Assembly: GCA_051294375.1 (NCBI GenBank)
Contig: CM119263.1
Location: forward strand, 8,808,908 to 8,872,907
Length of the DNA: 64,000 nucleotides
DNA from: Paraspadella gotoi
Lineage: Eukaryota; Animalia; Chaetognatha
Direction of reading: 5' to 3'
Made by a program: the position numbers and the translations under genes. Positions 1 through 15,243 of the stretch are shown piece after piece. Position 1 is the stretch's first letter; each line of letters opens with the position of its first letter. The notes beneath the pieces were generated by a model, which made no database searches, was not told where the DNA came from, and saw only the letters and a program-made list of their open reading frames with translations.

Positions 1-170
1 TTTCTCTCCTTCCGTTTTCTCTTTTTTTTTCTTTTCTATTTCTCCTCTTTCTTTCTCCTCTCTCTTCTATATTCAATTTTAAGCCAGTGAGGGTCTCGCC
101 GAGGATTTAGAGGTCATCAAACTTGCAAAATGTTTTTTCTTCCTCTGAAAGAGAGTGGAAGAAAGCTGGG

Positions 171-281
<111 letters not shown>

Positions 282-829
282 ATATGGATTCACTTAGCTC
301 AGATACGCTTGGCGACATTTCGTTTTTGACGCCTCCACATGAGTAACGGAGCCAAAAATAATAACGTCTGGTCTTATCGACAAGCTTCTCTGTAAGCATT
401 AAGCAAGCTTAATGACTTTTTTTGTAACCTCGCTATTTTCATTCAATAATAAAATTTTTAATCCCAAAACTTGAAAATCGAGTCAATGACCTGGGTAACA
501 GGAAAATTATTTTCTTAAATATATTTATAATTTTGATTCATATTTTTATTCGTATTCGTATTTTCTTTTTGCCCAAACAATCATCGTATAAATATTTTAT
601 CGGCAACAACACCTGGAGCCAATGAAAAAAATCGACATTTTAACATTTAAACTGGAACATTGGCCTAACCAAACAGCGACGTCGCGATGAGTGCAAAGTC
701 TACATCTCGAGGACAACGACGACGACGACATGGACGACGCCAAGATTCGTTCCTGACAGATGTGTTTAGATTAAAGCGTATTAATTACACAACGCAATGT
801 TGACGTTCGGCAGAAATTGACAATTTATT

Positions 830-3157
830 CGGAAAAAAAAATCAACACAGTATATAAGTTAATTTAAAACCTTAAAGTATGTTTTGGTTTTAGTTTCATT
901 CTTAACAACGCCAAACCTGAAAGCTGATTCTACGTCGAAGACTAATAAAAGGAAACGGATTAAAACAATTTTTAAATGAAGTTAAAATATAAAGAACGAC
1001 TCCCGCCCAAGTTGATGGTAAATGAGCTCAACAGCCTCGCCGCAGGTGCAGCCCACGTATTTTTTTGTTTTCACGACAGATGCCGACGGGAAGATGGATG
1101 CCATTTCGGCGCCGTTAGCAGATGCAGGGATGTTTGGATTGATGGACGAAGATTAAGATTCCCTCGAAATCAACTATTACGTTATTCATATTGTACAAAA
1201 CCGAAATATTTGATTTAAATTAGGTTAAGTATAGATTACGGTAATAAAAAACTTCAGAATGGCAGAGCTGATAATGAGAAATAGATAGGCGAAAAAAAAG
1301 GGTTTGAGAGGTGAAAAAGCAAAGAAAAGAGAGAAAAGAGAGAAGGCGCAAAAAGGAAATTTTTCTATAATGGAACAAGAGGCAAAGCGCTGAGCTATTA
1401 AATAGAAGTTAAGTGAGAAATAGAGATGTGATAGAAATAAAAAAAAACTTGATGAATAAAAGAGAGACCAAGGCAAAAAAACAAACAAAAAAAAAACCGA
1501 GTGTGTGTTTTTGCGATTTATTAATCGATCTTAGCTTCGCGGCGAAAGAAGAATAATAATGGATAATAAAATAGAAATAATTACGTTGGGACGTTGAAGA
1601 GGAAAAAAAAGCCCGAGGAAACTAACGAGGGAGAAATGAGAAAATGAGGATTTGAGGAAATGAGTCAACCATTTGGGAAGGTAGGAAGGAATTAATGTTG
1701 GAAAGAAGGTTGGGGGATAAAAAAAAAGGTCTGAACGAAGGCGGCCGAAAAAGATTATTTTTCGTTACCGTCAATCCACTACATCATCCTATTCCTCACA
1801 AACAATCATATTGTTTTTTCAAAGAATCTTTCAATATTATCCGATTTGGTCTACCGACCGCCATTACCGTGAAGCAATCATATCCAAATAAATCTTTTTA
1901 GGCGCATCTGCAATCTGCATCATGCAGATTCCGACTCTACGATAAGAAAATATTGAAAAGAAGTTTGAAAAAAAGATTTTAAAAAATTAAGAAATTAAAC
2001 TAATTAATTACTTAATTAATCATCTGCTCACCGTTGATGATCGTGAGCAGATCCGGCATTTTTTGTTCAAACTTTTCTATTCGACCGATGGCCCTTCATC
2101 GCGTCTTTACAAATCAACAAATTTTTCTAAATGAGTTTGGCCAATCAGCGAATCCTCTCTCAGCGCATCTCCGCCAATCACATCCCCCTTTTCTCAACGC
2201 GTCTCGCCAAGAGTTCGTAGAGCGAAGGATAACGACTAGTGTGGTTGAGACCCGCGAATCTTGAGGGAAAAAAAGAAGGGAAAAGTCGAAAACAAAGAAA
2301 ACAAAAGGAAAGAACGAAAAAAAGTTTTAAAAATGTATGGCGAAAAAAAAATCTAACAAGCAGCTTGAAAAAAAAAGTGAGGAAGCAAAGTGAGTGCGTG
2401 AGTCATCGTTTAGACCAATGACTGACCTCGACCGTCCATTCAAAGAATTCATCGGTTCAAGGTTTCATTCACTTATCTTCATCCTTGGCTTAAAGCCCAA
2501 GAGGCAAGTACGGACTCGCCCCCTCTAATCAGCACATCCCTCCGAATGCTAAATATGTTCACAACTTTTTCGTTATGTGTAAAAACTTCTCATGATAAAT
2601 TATATTCTCTAAGTAAGTTCGTTTCTGATATTAATTTTCACAAAATAAACAAACGCTGAATATAATATTTGAGAAAATGTGCGGAAAATCTGACCCAAAA
2701 CTCGACGCGTTATATTTGACCCTAACTTGACCCCGAGAGTCAAACGCGCGTGAAATTAGACTCAACCAAAAAAACTCGGAGCTAAAAACAAAAAAACTAG
2801 AGCGCCACCTCTGGAAAAATGCCCAAGGAACCCGTTATTATAAATTATTATAATACTATTTCATGTAGACCTAAAGGTGTGCACTAATAACTAAATTTGA
2901 AATAATTCATCCTCATTTTTGTCAAAATCCGTAACTAACTCGGAGACTAAACATTCAATATGAAATAAATATTTGTGAAAAAGCTTTTCCATGTATAACT
3001 CGTAAGGGCGTTATACTCACTTACTTTTTCCACGCCCACTTGCGCGCATCCATCCACCGTTCAACAAAAGTTTGGTTGACTTGGCAATGCCAGAAGCTCG
3101 ATCTTTCGAGGTTAGTTGAAGTTAAAAAAGGTGATGGAAGAGAGAGGGAGAGAAAGT

Positions 3158-3211
<54 letters not shown>

Positions 3212-5815
3212 TGAAAAGAAGCATTTTCAGGGAGAAAGAAAAAAAAAAAAAAAAGGGGCGAATAACTATCGATATCGTCTCACTTCATCTCCAGAGGGCA
3301 AAGGAGAAAAAAAAAATCCCTTCCTTTTCATTTGCATAAAGAAGTCAGTCAGATGCGGATCGACTGTTTCGCCTACGTACTACGCAGAACTCACGTCTCC
3401 GATCAGAACTTCCATTTGCCTTTTTTTCCCCACGAACTTTCACGACCGTCATTGTGCCAAAAAAAAAAAAGAGAGGCTTGCGTACTGACAAAAGGAGAAA
3501 AGGTTCTCATCTCCCAGAGAAGAAGAAAGAGGATCGAGATATTTTTTCTCCATTTCGATCCGTCGAAATTCCCTTCTTCCTTCGCCGTCGATCCGAAAAT
3601 CGCTCTGAATTGGAAATTAGGATCTGATGAACGCCGGGGAATATTCGGTCCGGACGACCGGTCGCACGTACACTCGCTTTCGCGCGCGTGCATTTATGCG
3701 CCGGCGTGATTACAGATGAGAGGAAAAAAGAGAAGCATATTTATAATTTTTGTGTTGTATATACGCGCACAATTCATTTATTCATGCGTCGCATTAAATC
3801 CTCCTTCGTTATGTTTCCTTATCTCTTCTCTCGCTCTCTCTCTGGAGACATATTCTTCACTCATCGTATATACTCCACTCTTTTGTCAATCTTTATTCAT
3901 ATGTCGACAGCTATCACGCGATCTTTGTTTTGTGACGCCACACTGAATAATACAAAATCGGCACAGAGAACTATTCTATATATATCTTGGTGCACTTATT
4001 CGGCTCAAAACCACAACTCATGCTGGTACTCCGGGTTTTCCGGCGACTGAGTTGCATACGAAGTGTCGCACGACGACACCTGAGGAGAAAGAACGCACTC
4101 CATACGAAGAGTTGCGTTGCCAGGACAGTAATGTGTCTTTGAGAGATATAAATGCGCTTACTTACATTTTAACCATCAACACACACTCTCTCGAATCTCT
4201 CGTTTCGGCTCCAGAAATTGACATACTCTTTTATTCGGGCTGGAAAAAAAATCAACACAGTATATAAGTTAATTTAAAACCTTAAAGTATGTTTTGGTTT
4301 TAGTTTCATTCTTAACAACGCCAAACCTGAAAGCTGATTCTACGTCGAAGACTAATAAAAGGAAACGGATTAAAACAATTTTTAAATGAAGTTAAAATAT
4401 AAAGAACGACTCCCGCCCAAGTTGATGGTAAATGAGCTCAACAGCCTCGCCGCAGGTGCAGCCCACGTATTTTTTTGTTTTCAGACAGATGCCGACGGAA
4501 GATGGATGCCATTTCGGCGCCGTTAGCAGATGCAGGAGATGTTTGGATTATGGACGAAGATTAAGATTCCCTCGAAATCAACTATTACGTTATTCATATT
4601 GTACAAAACCGAAATATTTGATTTAAATTAGGTTAAGTATAGATTACGGTAATAAAAAACTTCAGAATGGCAGAGCTGATAATGAGAAATAGATAGGCGA
4701 AAAAAAAGGGTTTGAGAGGTGAAAAAGCAAAGAAAAGAGAGAAAAGAGAGAAGGCGCAAAAAGGAAATTTTTCTATAATGGAACAAGAGGCAAAGCGCTG
4801 AGCTATTAAATAGAAGTTAAGTGAGAAATAGAGATGTGATAGAAATAAAAAAAAACTTGATGAATAAAAGAGAGACCAAGGCAAAAAAACAAACAAAAAA
4901 AAAACGAGTGTGTGTGTTTTTTGCGATTTATTAATCGATCTTAGCTTCGCGGCGAAAGAAGAATAATATGGATAATAAAATAGAAATAATTACGTTGGGA
5001 CGTTGAAAGGAAAAAAAAAGCCCGAGGAAACTAACGAGGGAGAAATGAGAAAATGAGGATTGAGGAAATGAGTCAACCATTTGGGAAGGTAGGAAGGAAT
5101 TAATGTTGGAAAGAAGGTTTGGGGGATAAAAAAAAGGTCTGAACGAAGGCGGCCGAAAAAGATTATTTTTCGTTACCGTCAATCACTACATCATCCTATT
5201 CCTCACAAACAATCATATTGTTTTTTTCAAAGAATCTTTCAATATTATCCTGATTTGGTCTACCGACCGCCATTACCGTGAAGCAATCATATCCAAATAA
5301 ATCTTTTTAGGCGCATCGCATGCAATCTGCATCATGCAGATTCCGACTCTACGATAAGAAAATATTGAAAAGAAGTTTGAAAAAAAAATTTTTAAAAAAT
5401 TAAGAAAATTAACTAATTAATTATTAATTAATTAATCATCTGCTCACCGTTGATGATCGTGAGCAGATCCGGCATTTTTTGTTCAAACTTTTCTATTCGA
5501 CCGATGGCCCTTCATCGCGTCTTTACAAATCAACAAATTTTTCTAAATGATTTTGGCAATCAGCGAATCCTCTCTCAGCGCATCTCCGCCAATCACATCC
5601 CCCTTTTCTCAACGCGTCTCGCCAAGAGTTCGTAGAGCGAAGGATAACGACTAGTGTGGTTGAGACCCGCGAATCTTGAGGGAAAAAAAGAAGGGAAAGT
5701 CGAAAACAAAGAAAACAAAAGGAAAGAACGAAAAAAAAAGTTTTAAAACAAGATGTAAATGGCGAAAAAAAATCTAACAAGCGAGCTTGAAAAAAAAATG
5801 TGAGAGGAAGCACAA
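830..5815 (+). repeat. ~1.57 kb direct duplication (830-2395 vs 4243-5815), probably an assembly/gap-fill artefact
   Basis: The copies are near-identical and differ mainly by homopolymer indels. 3950-4240 reads as a very noisy copy of 600-830. The second copy runs into a 25-N gap at 5892-5916. Confidence 0.85.
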
Positions 5816-6724
5816 GTTGAGTGCCGTGCGAGAGAGGAGAGTGGGATCGAGAGGAGAGGAGAGAGTAAGAGAGGAGAGAGAGAGAAAACGGNNNNNNNNN
5901 NNNNNNNNNNNNNNNNGAGAGAGAGAGAGAGAGAGACGGAACTGAAGAAATATTAGGAGAAATTCGGTGCCAATGAAACTATTACGACGAGATACAAGGT
6001 CTGACTTCCAAGGACGAAGATCTTGGGAAGCGAGGGAAAAGCGGGAAGGGAGAAGGTCTCGTCTTTGAGGGAATGAGAGAGAAGAAATGGAAAAAAAAAA
6101 GGAAACAAAAAGGAAAAGAAAAAAATTCAAAGAAAAGGAAAGAACAAAAGAATGAAAAAGGAAAGAAAGAAAGAAAATAGGAACGAAAGTAAGATAAAAA
6201 AGAGAAAAAGAAAGAAACCACCAACAAAAAAAAAANNNNNNNNNNNNNNNNNNNNNNNNNNNNNNNNNNNNNNNNNNNNNNNNNNNNNNNNNNNNNNNNN
6301 NNNNNNNNNNNNNNNNNNNNNNNNNNNNNNNNNNNNNNNNNNNNNNNNNNNNNNNNNNNNNNNNNNNNNNNNNNNNNNNNNNNNNNNNNNNNNNNNNNNN
6401 NNNNNNNNNNNNNNNNNNNNNNNNNNNNNNNNNNNNNNNNNNNNNNNNNNNNNNNNNNNNNNGCCTTAACAATTTTCTCTATTACCTTTATTATGACCAG
6501 ATTCATTTCCATCACGACCCTGTAATCAACAGTCATCACTGACGGTCACCCTTGCCACACTCGACAGTTAGGAGGCTAGATAACTTGTTGATTGATTGAA
6601 TGAATGACTTTTATATAGGTTGTACCAATTTTAAAACTGATAGTTTTATATCAAATCGATCACTTCTCTACATCATAAATTCACAAGACTCTTTCGATCT
6701 GTGGCACTGATTCGAAAGAATGTA

Positions 6725-6809
<85 letters not shown>

Positions 6810-7240
6810 GTCTTGCATCACCTTCCGATTCATTTCCTTCTTAAAAAATATTCCCATCTCCTTTGCCTTTTTGCTTTTTGCTTTTTGTTTTTTGCTTTTC
6901 CCTTCCACAATATTTTTTTTTCGTTTTCACTTCTTTCAAAAGGAAAAACATCATTTGAATTTTATAATAAAATTTTAGTTTTATATTTATTTACTTCCTT
7001 TATAATCCTTATCCCATTATAGATTTACCTATTAACCCATTAAATTTCTTTAATCTTTCTTATTTTTCGCCCATTTTTCACCACCAAAAAGTTTTCCTTA
7101 CTTTCTACCCTCACTTTCCGTTTCTCCTCTTCTTCTGCTTTCCATTCCCACGCATTCCACCCCCACACCGCCGCCCCCCTCTTTTCACTTCCCCGATCGC
7201 GTTTTTCAGTCTCGCGACGTCAGAGTGGGCGGCTGCTGGA

Positions 7241-7283
7241 AGGGGGGGGGGGCTGGGGCTGGGGCTGGGGCCTGGGGTCTGGG
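7241..7283 (+). other. G-quadruplex-forming motif (G11-CT-G4-CT-G4-CT-G4-CCT-G4-TCT-G3)
   Basis: Six G-runs of 3 or more with 2-3 nt loops, at the start of a ~300 bp GC-rich island in AT-rich DNA. Confidence 0.6.
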
Positions 7284-8017
7284 TCCTATGGAAGAGGAAG
7301 GGAAATCATCCGGGCATTTGGGGATTGTGGCTGTGATTCTCGAAGGTCGCCAGGGAATCGGGGTAAGGGATGTGAATTTATGGCCGAAATGTAAATTAGG
7401 ATAGGATTTGAGGCCGGAAAGCCAGGGTAAGGGCAAACTAGCCAAGGCTGTAGCAAATATGACCTTGGAAGGCGGGTGTCTCGAAAATAGTATGTACAAT
7501 TGTACATGGTATGTAAAAATATACCGCCAAATCGCTCTCAGCATTTGAATTACTCTGCAACTGTTTTCGTGGTACGGTGAATTAATTTTCTCTGTGAAAG
7601 AAACAGTTTTACTTTTTTGAATTCCACAAGGATTTTAGGAGATGGAAGTGAGACTAAACAAGTAGATGAGGAGCAGTGAAAAAAAGGAGGAATGAGGAAC
7701 ATGCCGATCCTTTGAAAAGTAGATCGAATTTAGGCGGGGATGACCGTCGAGAGAAACTGGGCAAAGAGCAAAGCGGTGAGGAGGGTAAGTCAAAGGTTGA
7801 GGGTAAGAACCTTCGTTTTAAATGTCCTGAGTCTTTTTCTTTCTTTCTTTGTTGTGTTTAGGTTTTATTTTTCGCCGTTTTGTTTGTTTCTACCTTTAAA
7901 GTTTAATGGCTGAGAGGCTCGAAACCTTTCGCCAATAAATCTCCACCTAAAAACAATTCTCCGCTCTCCTCTTTCTTTCTCTCCTTTTTCTTACTTTTCT
8001 TTTTACTTTTTGTTGCG

Positions 8018-8109
<92 letters not shown>

Positions 8110-11100
8110 AGCCTGAATCGTTCCTCGTTAAATTTTATAGTAGGGTCGTATAACATTTGAAAACACTCGGTTTCCATTCATAGAATTGGTTATTGTGTTT
8201 CTCAATCTATTTGCCGGATAAAAAAAACCCAGTTAAACGATTAGACTGAACTAACTTCGTCTCTGATCGTGAGAGGGAAGAGTACATATCATCTGCTGAA
8301 GTCAGTAGAAATAATTTCTCTCTGTTTTTAGAAGGTGTTAGAAATGATTTTAATTCAAACAAATTCTCCTCGTGCAATATCCCTGAATCACGTCAATTGG
8401 TTTTAGTCTCAACTTTAATGATTTATATTATCTTTACTCTCATTGGTCGATTCTACCAATGGTAGTTAATGATTGAATTCAATAATTTTTAAAGAAGATC
8501 TCTTTTCTCATTGGTCCATTAAATTTAGTCTTTGTATAAAAGAAAGGGCAACTTTTTATTTTTGAAGAGATTGCCCTGGGACCATAAGGTAATTGAATGA
8601 ATTACTGAAATTATTAAATAGTGGAATTAGTATTAATAAATTAAGTATTAATAAAAATTTTTGAAAACCGATCCCGAATTTCCCTTTTGTTTGTGATTCC
8701 GCGTTCTACTAGTGGTGAATGAATCGGACATCCGTCGCTCAACTTTGTCAGACTCAAAACATCCGCTCGGTTCGCGTGTTTACTTTCGCCCCAGGGACGG
8801 CAGAGTGGCGAGGCTGTCAACGTGACTGCTAATGGAACTCGCGATGGAAGTGTGTCGTGAGACTTAAGCCGCTTCTAAAAGGGGCATTGGTTACCGGAAC
8901 AACAAAGATGCAATTCTGCGTAAGTTAAATAAATATTGATAATTATTTTTACATAATTTTTGTCAAAAAGCACTAGTGAACACTCCACCATCGCATCTCA
9001 TGATATCAGTGAATCATCGGTCATCGCCAGAACCTCAAAAAGTTAATGGCGTTTCCGTTTGCAGCGCGCTCTTCGAAACACTCCCACCTTCATCTGCAAA
9101 AGCCGATCTGTTTTCAATATCATTTCCATTCGTCCTCCGAGCTGTGAGCCTCGCTAAGTCTATCATATTGTCACAATAACGCTTTTGCTCAAGACTCTTC
9201 CGCCTTCGAGTCTTATATGTGCAAAGTTCGATCCATTTATACAAAGAGTTGGGGGGGAAAAAAAGAAAGAAAATACTAAAAAAAAGGTAAGGCAGTAATG
9301 GTTGTACGACTTTGGTGAGGAAATCTGGCGATGAGATGACATTAAAACAACATCAGAATCGCATTAGCGATCGAGACGGAGTCGTCTGGGGGAAGACCAG
9401 GACGAAATCAGGGCGGGAAGACGAAAGGAATGAGGAATGAGGGAAAATGATAAGGAAAGGGGGGAATGAGGTAAGGAAGGATTAAGGAAATAGCAAGGGG
9501 AAGTGACATGAAAAATTATCAATTATGAATTAAAAATATCTAACATAGAAATTAAAATAGAAATAGTGAATAGAAATGACAGAAGAAAATTTATATTTAT
9601 ATCATATTAATAATATATATTTTATAAAGATGAAATCAGGAAGAACGAAAATAACCCCCTAAAAATGTTTTCGTGTCAGAATAACTCGGCCACTAATATC
9701 CCTGTCCGATCCAGTCGGGGGAAAAAAAAACCGACGAGAAAGATTTCGTTTCTGTCGGTTTTTGATGGAATTCGGCCTCGACAGTCCCTCACCCAACCTC
9801 GAAAGCCTCACCCAACCTCGAGAGCCTCACCCAACCACGACTTCATGTCTAGACCTGTCTGTCCCTCTGACACAAGACTTATTCGTCCAACCTCTTTCCT
9901 CTCTATCGACTCCCTGAATTTTCTTAGGCGACCTCGCTCCTCTTACCCAACCCTGATTATCCTACAAAATTTCATTTGAGCGCTCATCGCTGTCAAATTC
10001 GATGCCATGAATCAATCAATCTTTGATCTTCGCGTTCACAATCATTTCATTCCTCGTGAGTTCCTTTCCTTTTCCTTTCCTCCTTTACCCCCTCTGCTCA
10101 GGTTTCCTTTTTCTATTATCTCTTTTTTATCCTTTCCTACTTTTACTCCTCCTTCAGATTTTCTTTTTTCTATTTTCTATTTTTTTCCTTTCCTCTTTTT
10201 CCTTCTTCTGCTAGGTTTCTTTTTTCTATTTTCTCTTTTTTTTCCTTTCCTCCTTTATCTCTTCCTCCTAGGTTTCCTTTTTCTATTTTCTCTTCTTTTT
10301 CCTTTCCTCCTTTTTCTCTTCCTACTCCCAAGTTTTCTTTTTTCCAAGTTTTTCATTTTCATTTCCTTTTTTTTTTCATCTTTTTTTTTCTCTGCTGAAC
10401 CTTAACCGTCCTTCTACTTAACTTTTCTCTTCTTATCACAAACTTTTATTTGGTTGAGCAGAAAGAACCTCCCACGGTCCACGCCGACCCACGCAGACTC
10501 GTTTCACTGAGCTTCACTTCACGCTGCCTTTCCTCTTCTCAATTCACATTCACTCTCTCTCTCTCTTTCACATTAATTCTTTCCTGATTATCACTTTCCC
10601 TCACCTGACTTTTTTCTCCGTCTCTTAAATCAACTCGAATCAACTCACCTGACCTCACTTTTCCTCTTTATCACCGACTTAATCCGTTCTATGACCCGTT
10701 CACTAAATAAATTTCCCCGCTTAACATTTTATCCTCTCTGTTTGACCTTTGCGTTTTGACGAAGACGTTTGAACCTCGATCCTGCGCATTATATTTATTT
10801 CTCTTTTCTTTTCTATACTCTCTGATTAAAGTTATTATTCATTTTATAATTTAGCTAATATTTACTCTTAAAGTAATATAAATCAAATTTAAAACTTAGT
10901 TGGGACTAAGCCGACGACGAAATCAATGATGCTGAACAAGATTTTTTTGAGAATCCCGAATTCATTTTTTTTTACCGACTTTCGCTCAATCATTCCTCCT
11001 CATTTTATTCTTTTTTTTTTCTTTTTCCTTTTTTCCTCTATCTTATCTTCTCTTACCATTGAATCGCTGACTTCGCAATGAACTTACCTTCCAGTTGAGA

Positions 11101-11638
11101 AAACTTTGATTTGCGCTTTTTTATTATTTTATATTTATTTTTTTTTAACGGCTAAAAAACTGGTTTTTTTTTGGAGATAGAGAATTCTGTGAACAACACC
11201 ACTACAACCAAACCTCTACTATCATTTATTAATATAATATTAACTATGCATAGTTAATATTAATATAATAAACTTGTCATCCTCGGTGTCGTCTTTACCG
11301 TCACCCAGCAACCATCAAGTAAGGAGTCAGTGAGGGGTTTCCGAGATTCCTTTAAAGTGATGCCCGCGGAGAAAGTGAAAGTCACGTGATTTCCGAGATC
11401 ATGGATTATTTCGTCGTCGTCGACGTCGACGGTTAACGCCCGTTTCTTTTCCGCACCTCCGCCCCCCTTTGCCCCTTTATTCACCGAATCATTATTCACC
11501 GCTCGTTCCATTTCTGTCCTTAGGAGCCTTTTTTTTTTCTCCTCCCGAGAATGCTTCTTTAAAACATTAGATTCATATTATGTAAAATAAAATAAAAAGA
11601 CTAACATAAAGCGTTGAGACATTGTCGTTTCGGTTTTA

Positions 11639-11676
<38 letters not shown>

Positions 11677-12737
11677 GCCCACAGCATTAACCCTTTCTCT
11701 TCACCCTCAATTTGTCTTCGAAGTGGCCCCGAACAGCTGACTCAGCCCTTCACTCGGTCTCCTAAAACCTTCGACCCCTTAGCCCTTTCGTCCCCTATCC
11801 GCTTTAGGCCCCGAAAGTCTTTTACCCAACGTTAGCCCCCCTACCTCTTACCCCTACGCACCTCAACCGTCGAGTTGATGCCAGTCTCTCGCTCGGCTTC
11901 TCAGCTGGCGAATGGAAGACAACTTAATTTCACTTTTCCATTTCCATTTTCGGCGGCGCCTTCCCCTCCTTGACTGACCCCTTTTGGAGATGGGTGTAAG
12001 AGAGAGAGNNNNNNNNNNAGAGAGAGACTCTAATATGAATTCCATGCTCCAATGCCATGGCAATGGAAATATCATTTCTTCGTGAGGCAGAAGCAGTGTG
12101 GGGAGCATAACTGGACTTAGAAACGAAGACAGAATTAACAGGATTAAGCAAAACTGCGAGCAAAAAAATGAAAATCTGATACCGGATGTGGTGATTCTTT
12201 GAATTTATTACGATTATATTTAAATAATTAATAAGAATTATAATGATAATGATTATATATTTATTGTTTACTCTGCCTCAACTTAATTCTTTAGTTTCTA
12301 TTTTTCTGATTATAATCTATACTTTCATTAAATAAACTATCTTGTTCCTGACTTTAGTGGTTTAAGGCCTCCATTACAGGAGATAAAAGCATTCGGTTTG
12401 TTTATAAACAAACTTGAATAAAACAAAATTCAATCATGCAAAACACGACTTTCGACGCCCAAACTCCGGAGCGACTGAGGAATATACAAAAAATACTTTT
12501 TAATATTTCGAGAATTCACGCAGATATCCTCGGCACCTCTTTCTCTGCTCTTCAAATTGATCGTCGACGCGACTCCGCATCGTGAAATAGGAGAATCTGA
12601 GACACAGATATCAAATCCTCGGCCGTCGGACGTCGAGCCTCTCTGCCCCGACAGCGACGCTCTCGTTTCGCGTCAATTCAATTATGTTGTGGCAAAAACT
12701 AAATTCACCTCCCGTATAGCTTGGATAAACTCTGATT

Positions 12738-12885
12738 GGACATCGGTTTGGACAGCTAAGTACTCGTTCACCAATCGTGAGTTGCGGGTTCAATCCCTTC
12801 ACGGTCGTTCTGGTTTAAAGAGTGATTGTGATGGCTATAACATGGGTTCCCTCACGCCCCGGGCATCAAAAATGTCTCCCCGTTG
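12738..12885 (+). mobile_element. tRNA-derived SINE-like element
   Basis: Pol III B-box GGTTCAATCCC at 12787-12797. The head TGGACAGCTAAGTACTCGTTCACCAA recurs inverted at ~16895-16925. No complete cloverleaf. Confidence 0.55.
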
Positions 12886-13651
12886 TTACACTAATAAGGT
12901 AATTTTTATTAATCAAAGTACTTATAAATTTACGAATTAAACCTGTCATGTTAACACTAATATTGGAGAAACATAAAGAAATAAGGAACGAGAGTGAATA
13001 TTGACAACAAGAAAAAAAAGTAATGGAAGAGCAAGACGATTTCGTTGTTTACATTGACGATTCATTACTCAAAAGAGTTTTTCTCTCACCCATCAACTCA
13101 CTCGATCTTTACTTACTCACCAAACTTCGTCAATGGGGTGGGTCAGAAGTTTGATTTGTATTTGGTAACCTTTCCAAATGAAATCAACTTCATAACATTT
13201 CTGTGAGAAAAACTATTAACATTTATTTATAGATAGAAAATGTCAAAAATTTTTTAGAATTTTTTTATTTTTTAAAAGCAGATTCAAATAGCTTATGAAA
13301 AGTTATTACACAAAGATATAATTCTTTTTTCAATATTTTGATGATAAGTGAGGTTAAAATTGAGAAAAACCTTAAAAAATCATCAATCATCACATCATCC
13401 GATGATTTTAGCAGTTTTTAATAATTTTTAGTAATAAAAACATCAAAATATTAAAAAAGTTGTAATTATATTTTTTGCTTAACTTTTTAAGCTCTATCAG
13501 AATCAATTAAAAAAACTTAATATCACAAAAAAAATTTTAACATTATATATAGCAATATAATAATATTAATTAGCGAATTACTCATGGTTCGGAACATTTT
13601 TGCAAAAAAAATATTTTAACACAATAATTAATACAATAATGGATTAGTTTA

Positions 13652-15083
13652 ATGCTGTTCCCATTAAAATTTGAATTTGGTCGGCTACCGCATAAGAACG
13701 CCTTGTCGACCAATTTCAACACGAAATCCCAACTTGTGATCTTCTTCTTATATTCCTCAAACTTTCCAGTTTAATTTCCCCGAAATTCTCCTGGTTTCCA
13801 CGCCCGTACTTGTGTATATTACTTGTTATTTCTTCCCGGCATCGCCCAAAAAATTTTTACAAAGGAAACTTTCGATCCAATTTTATATATCGGGATTTTT
13901 TTTTTATTTCTCCCTTCTTTTTCCATGGGCGAAATCGCGGAACAAAATAAATCGACCGAGAAAAATATCATAAAAAAATGGAATCTGTATTGTTTGCTTT
14001 TTATTTTAAACCAGAAATATATTTTTTTGATGAGAAACAAAAAATATTCTTTGCGTTTATGTTTTTTTTCTGACTCTTTCACCATCATATAATTAAATAT
14101 CTTTTACAAATACAGAAATGTGATTTTATTTTAAAATGAATATATACAGATTTCACAAATGCGAAAGGCGCTTGACATGTTTAAGCGGCTCCGCTGGTCC
14201 TCCGGCTGTCGTCGTCGCCGAATCTCCGAAAGAAATGAAAATAAGGAGAATCTTTCCTTTTCTTTTTTCTTTTAATAATCGGATTCAGAATGGAAACCGT
14301 TTCCTTTCTTTTTCTACTCTCTTTTTTCCCTTTTTAACAACTTTCCAAGTTGCATATCTCTCTCTTNNNNNNNNNNNNNNNNNNNNNNNNNTGCTGTTCC
14401 CATTAAAATTTGAATTTGGTCGGCTACCGCATAAGAACGCATTGTCGACCAATTTCAACACGAAATCCCAACTTGTGATCTTCTTCTTATATTCCTCAAA
14501 ACTTTCCCAGTTTAATTTCCCCGAAATTCTCCTGGTTTCCAGCCCCGTACTTGTTATATTACTTGTTATTTCTTCCCGGCATCGCCCAAAAAATTTTTAC
14601 AAAGGAAACTTTCGATCCAATTTTATATTCGGGATTTTTTTTTTATTTCTCCCTTCTTTTTCCATGGGCCGAAATCGCGGAACAAAATATCGCCGAAAAA
14701 TATCATAAAAAAATGGAATCTGTATTGTTTGCTTTTTTATTTTAAACCAGAAAATTATTTTTTGATGAGAAACAAAAAATATTCTTTGCGGTTTATGTTT
14801 TTTTCTGACTCTTTCACCATCATATAATAAAATATCTTTTACAAATACAGAAATGTGATTTTATTTAAAATGAATATATACAGATTTCACTAAATGCGAA
14901 GGCGCTTGACATGTTTAAGCGGCTCCGCTGGTCCTCCGGCTGTCGTCGTCGCCGAATCTCCGAAAGAAATGAAAATAAGGAGAATCTTTCCTTTTCTTTT
15001 TTCTTTTAATAATCGGATTCAGAATGGAAACCGTTCCTTTCTTTTTCTACTCTCTTTTTTCCCTTTTTAACAACTTTCCAAGT
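13652..15083 (+). repeat. ~700 bp tandem duplicate (13652-14351 vs 14392-15083) flanking a 25-N gap; probable overlap artefact
   Basis: Both copies start TGCTGTTCCCATTAAAATTTG and end CAACTTTCCAAGTT. They differ only by small indels and substitutions. Confidence 0.85.
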
Positions 15084-15195
15084 TTTTCACTTCTTCTAAC
15101 CTTTATTATTCCAAGAAAGAAATATTTTTCTACTCGGAAATGAGGGTATTCCTAACGAAAGAAGAGAGAGAAGAGGATAGAAGAGAGAGAGAATA

Positions 15196-15243
<48 letters not shown>

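Noticed and set aside
2799-2815. CTCF-like motif AGCGCCACCTCTGG
   Set aside because: A single short motif match cannot be supported as a functional site from sequence alone.
3618-3670. Hammerhead ribozyme (CTGATGA core)
   Set aside because: No stem II followed by GAAA at the required spacing.
8713-8920. Candidate + strand exon ending at a GTAAGT donor
   Set aside because: All three frames contain stops and no partner exons were found.
12741-12800. tRNA gene
   Set aside because: A B-box is present, but I could not form an acceptor stem or cloverleaf. A SINE head explains it better.
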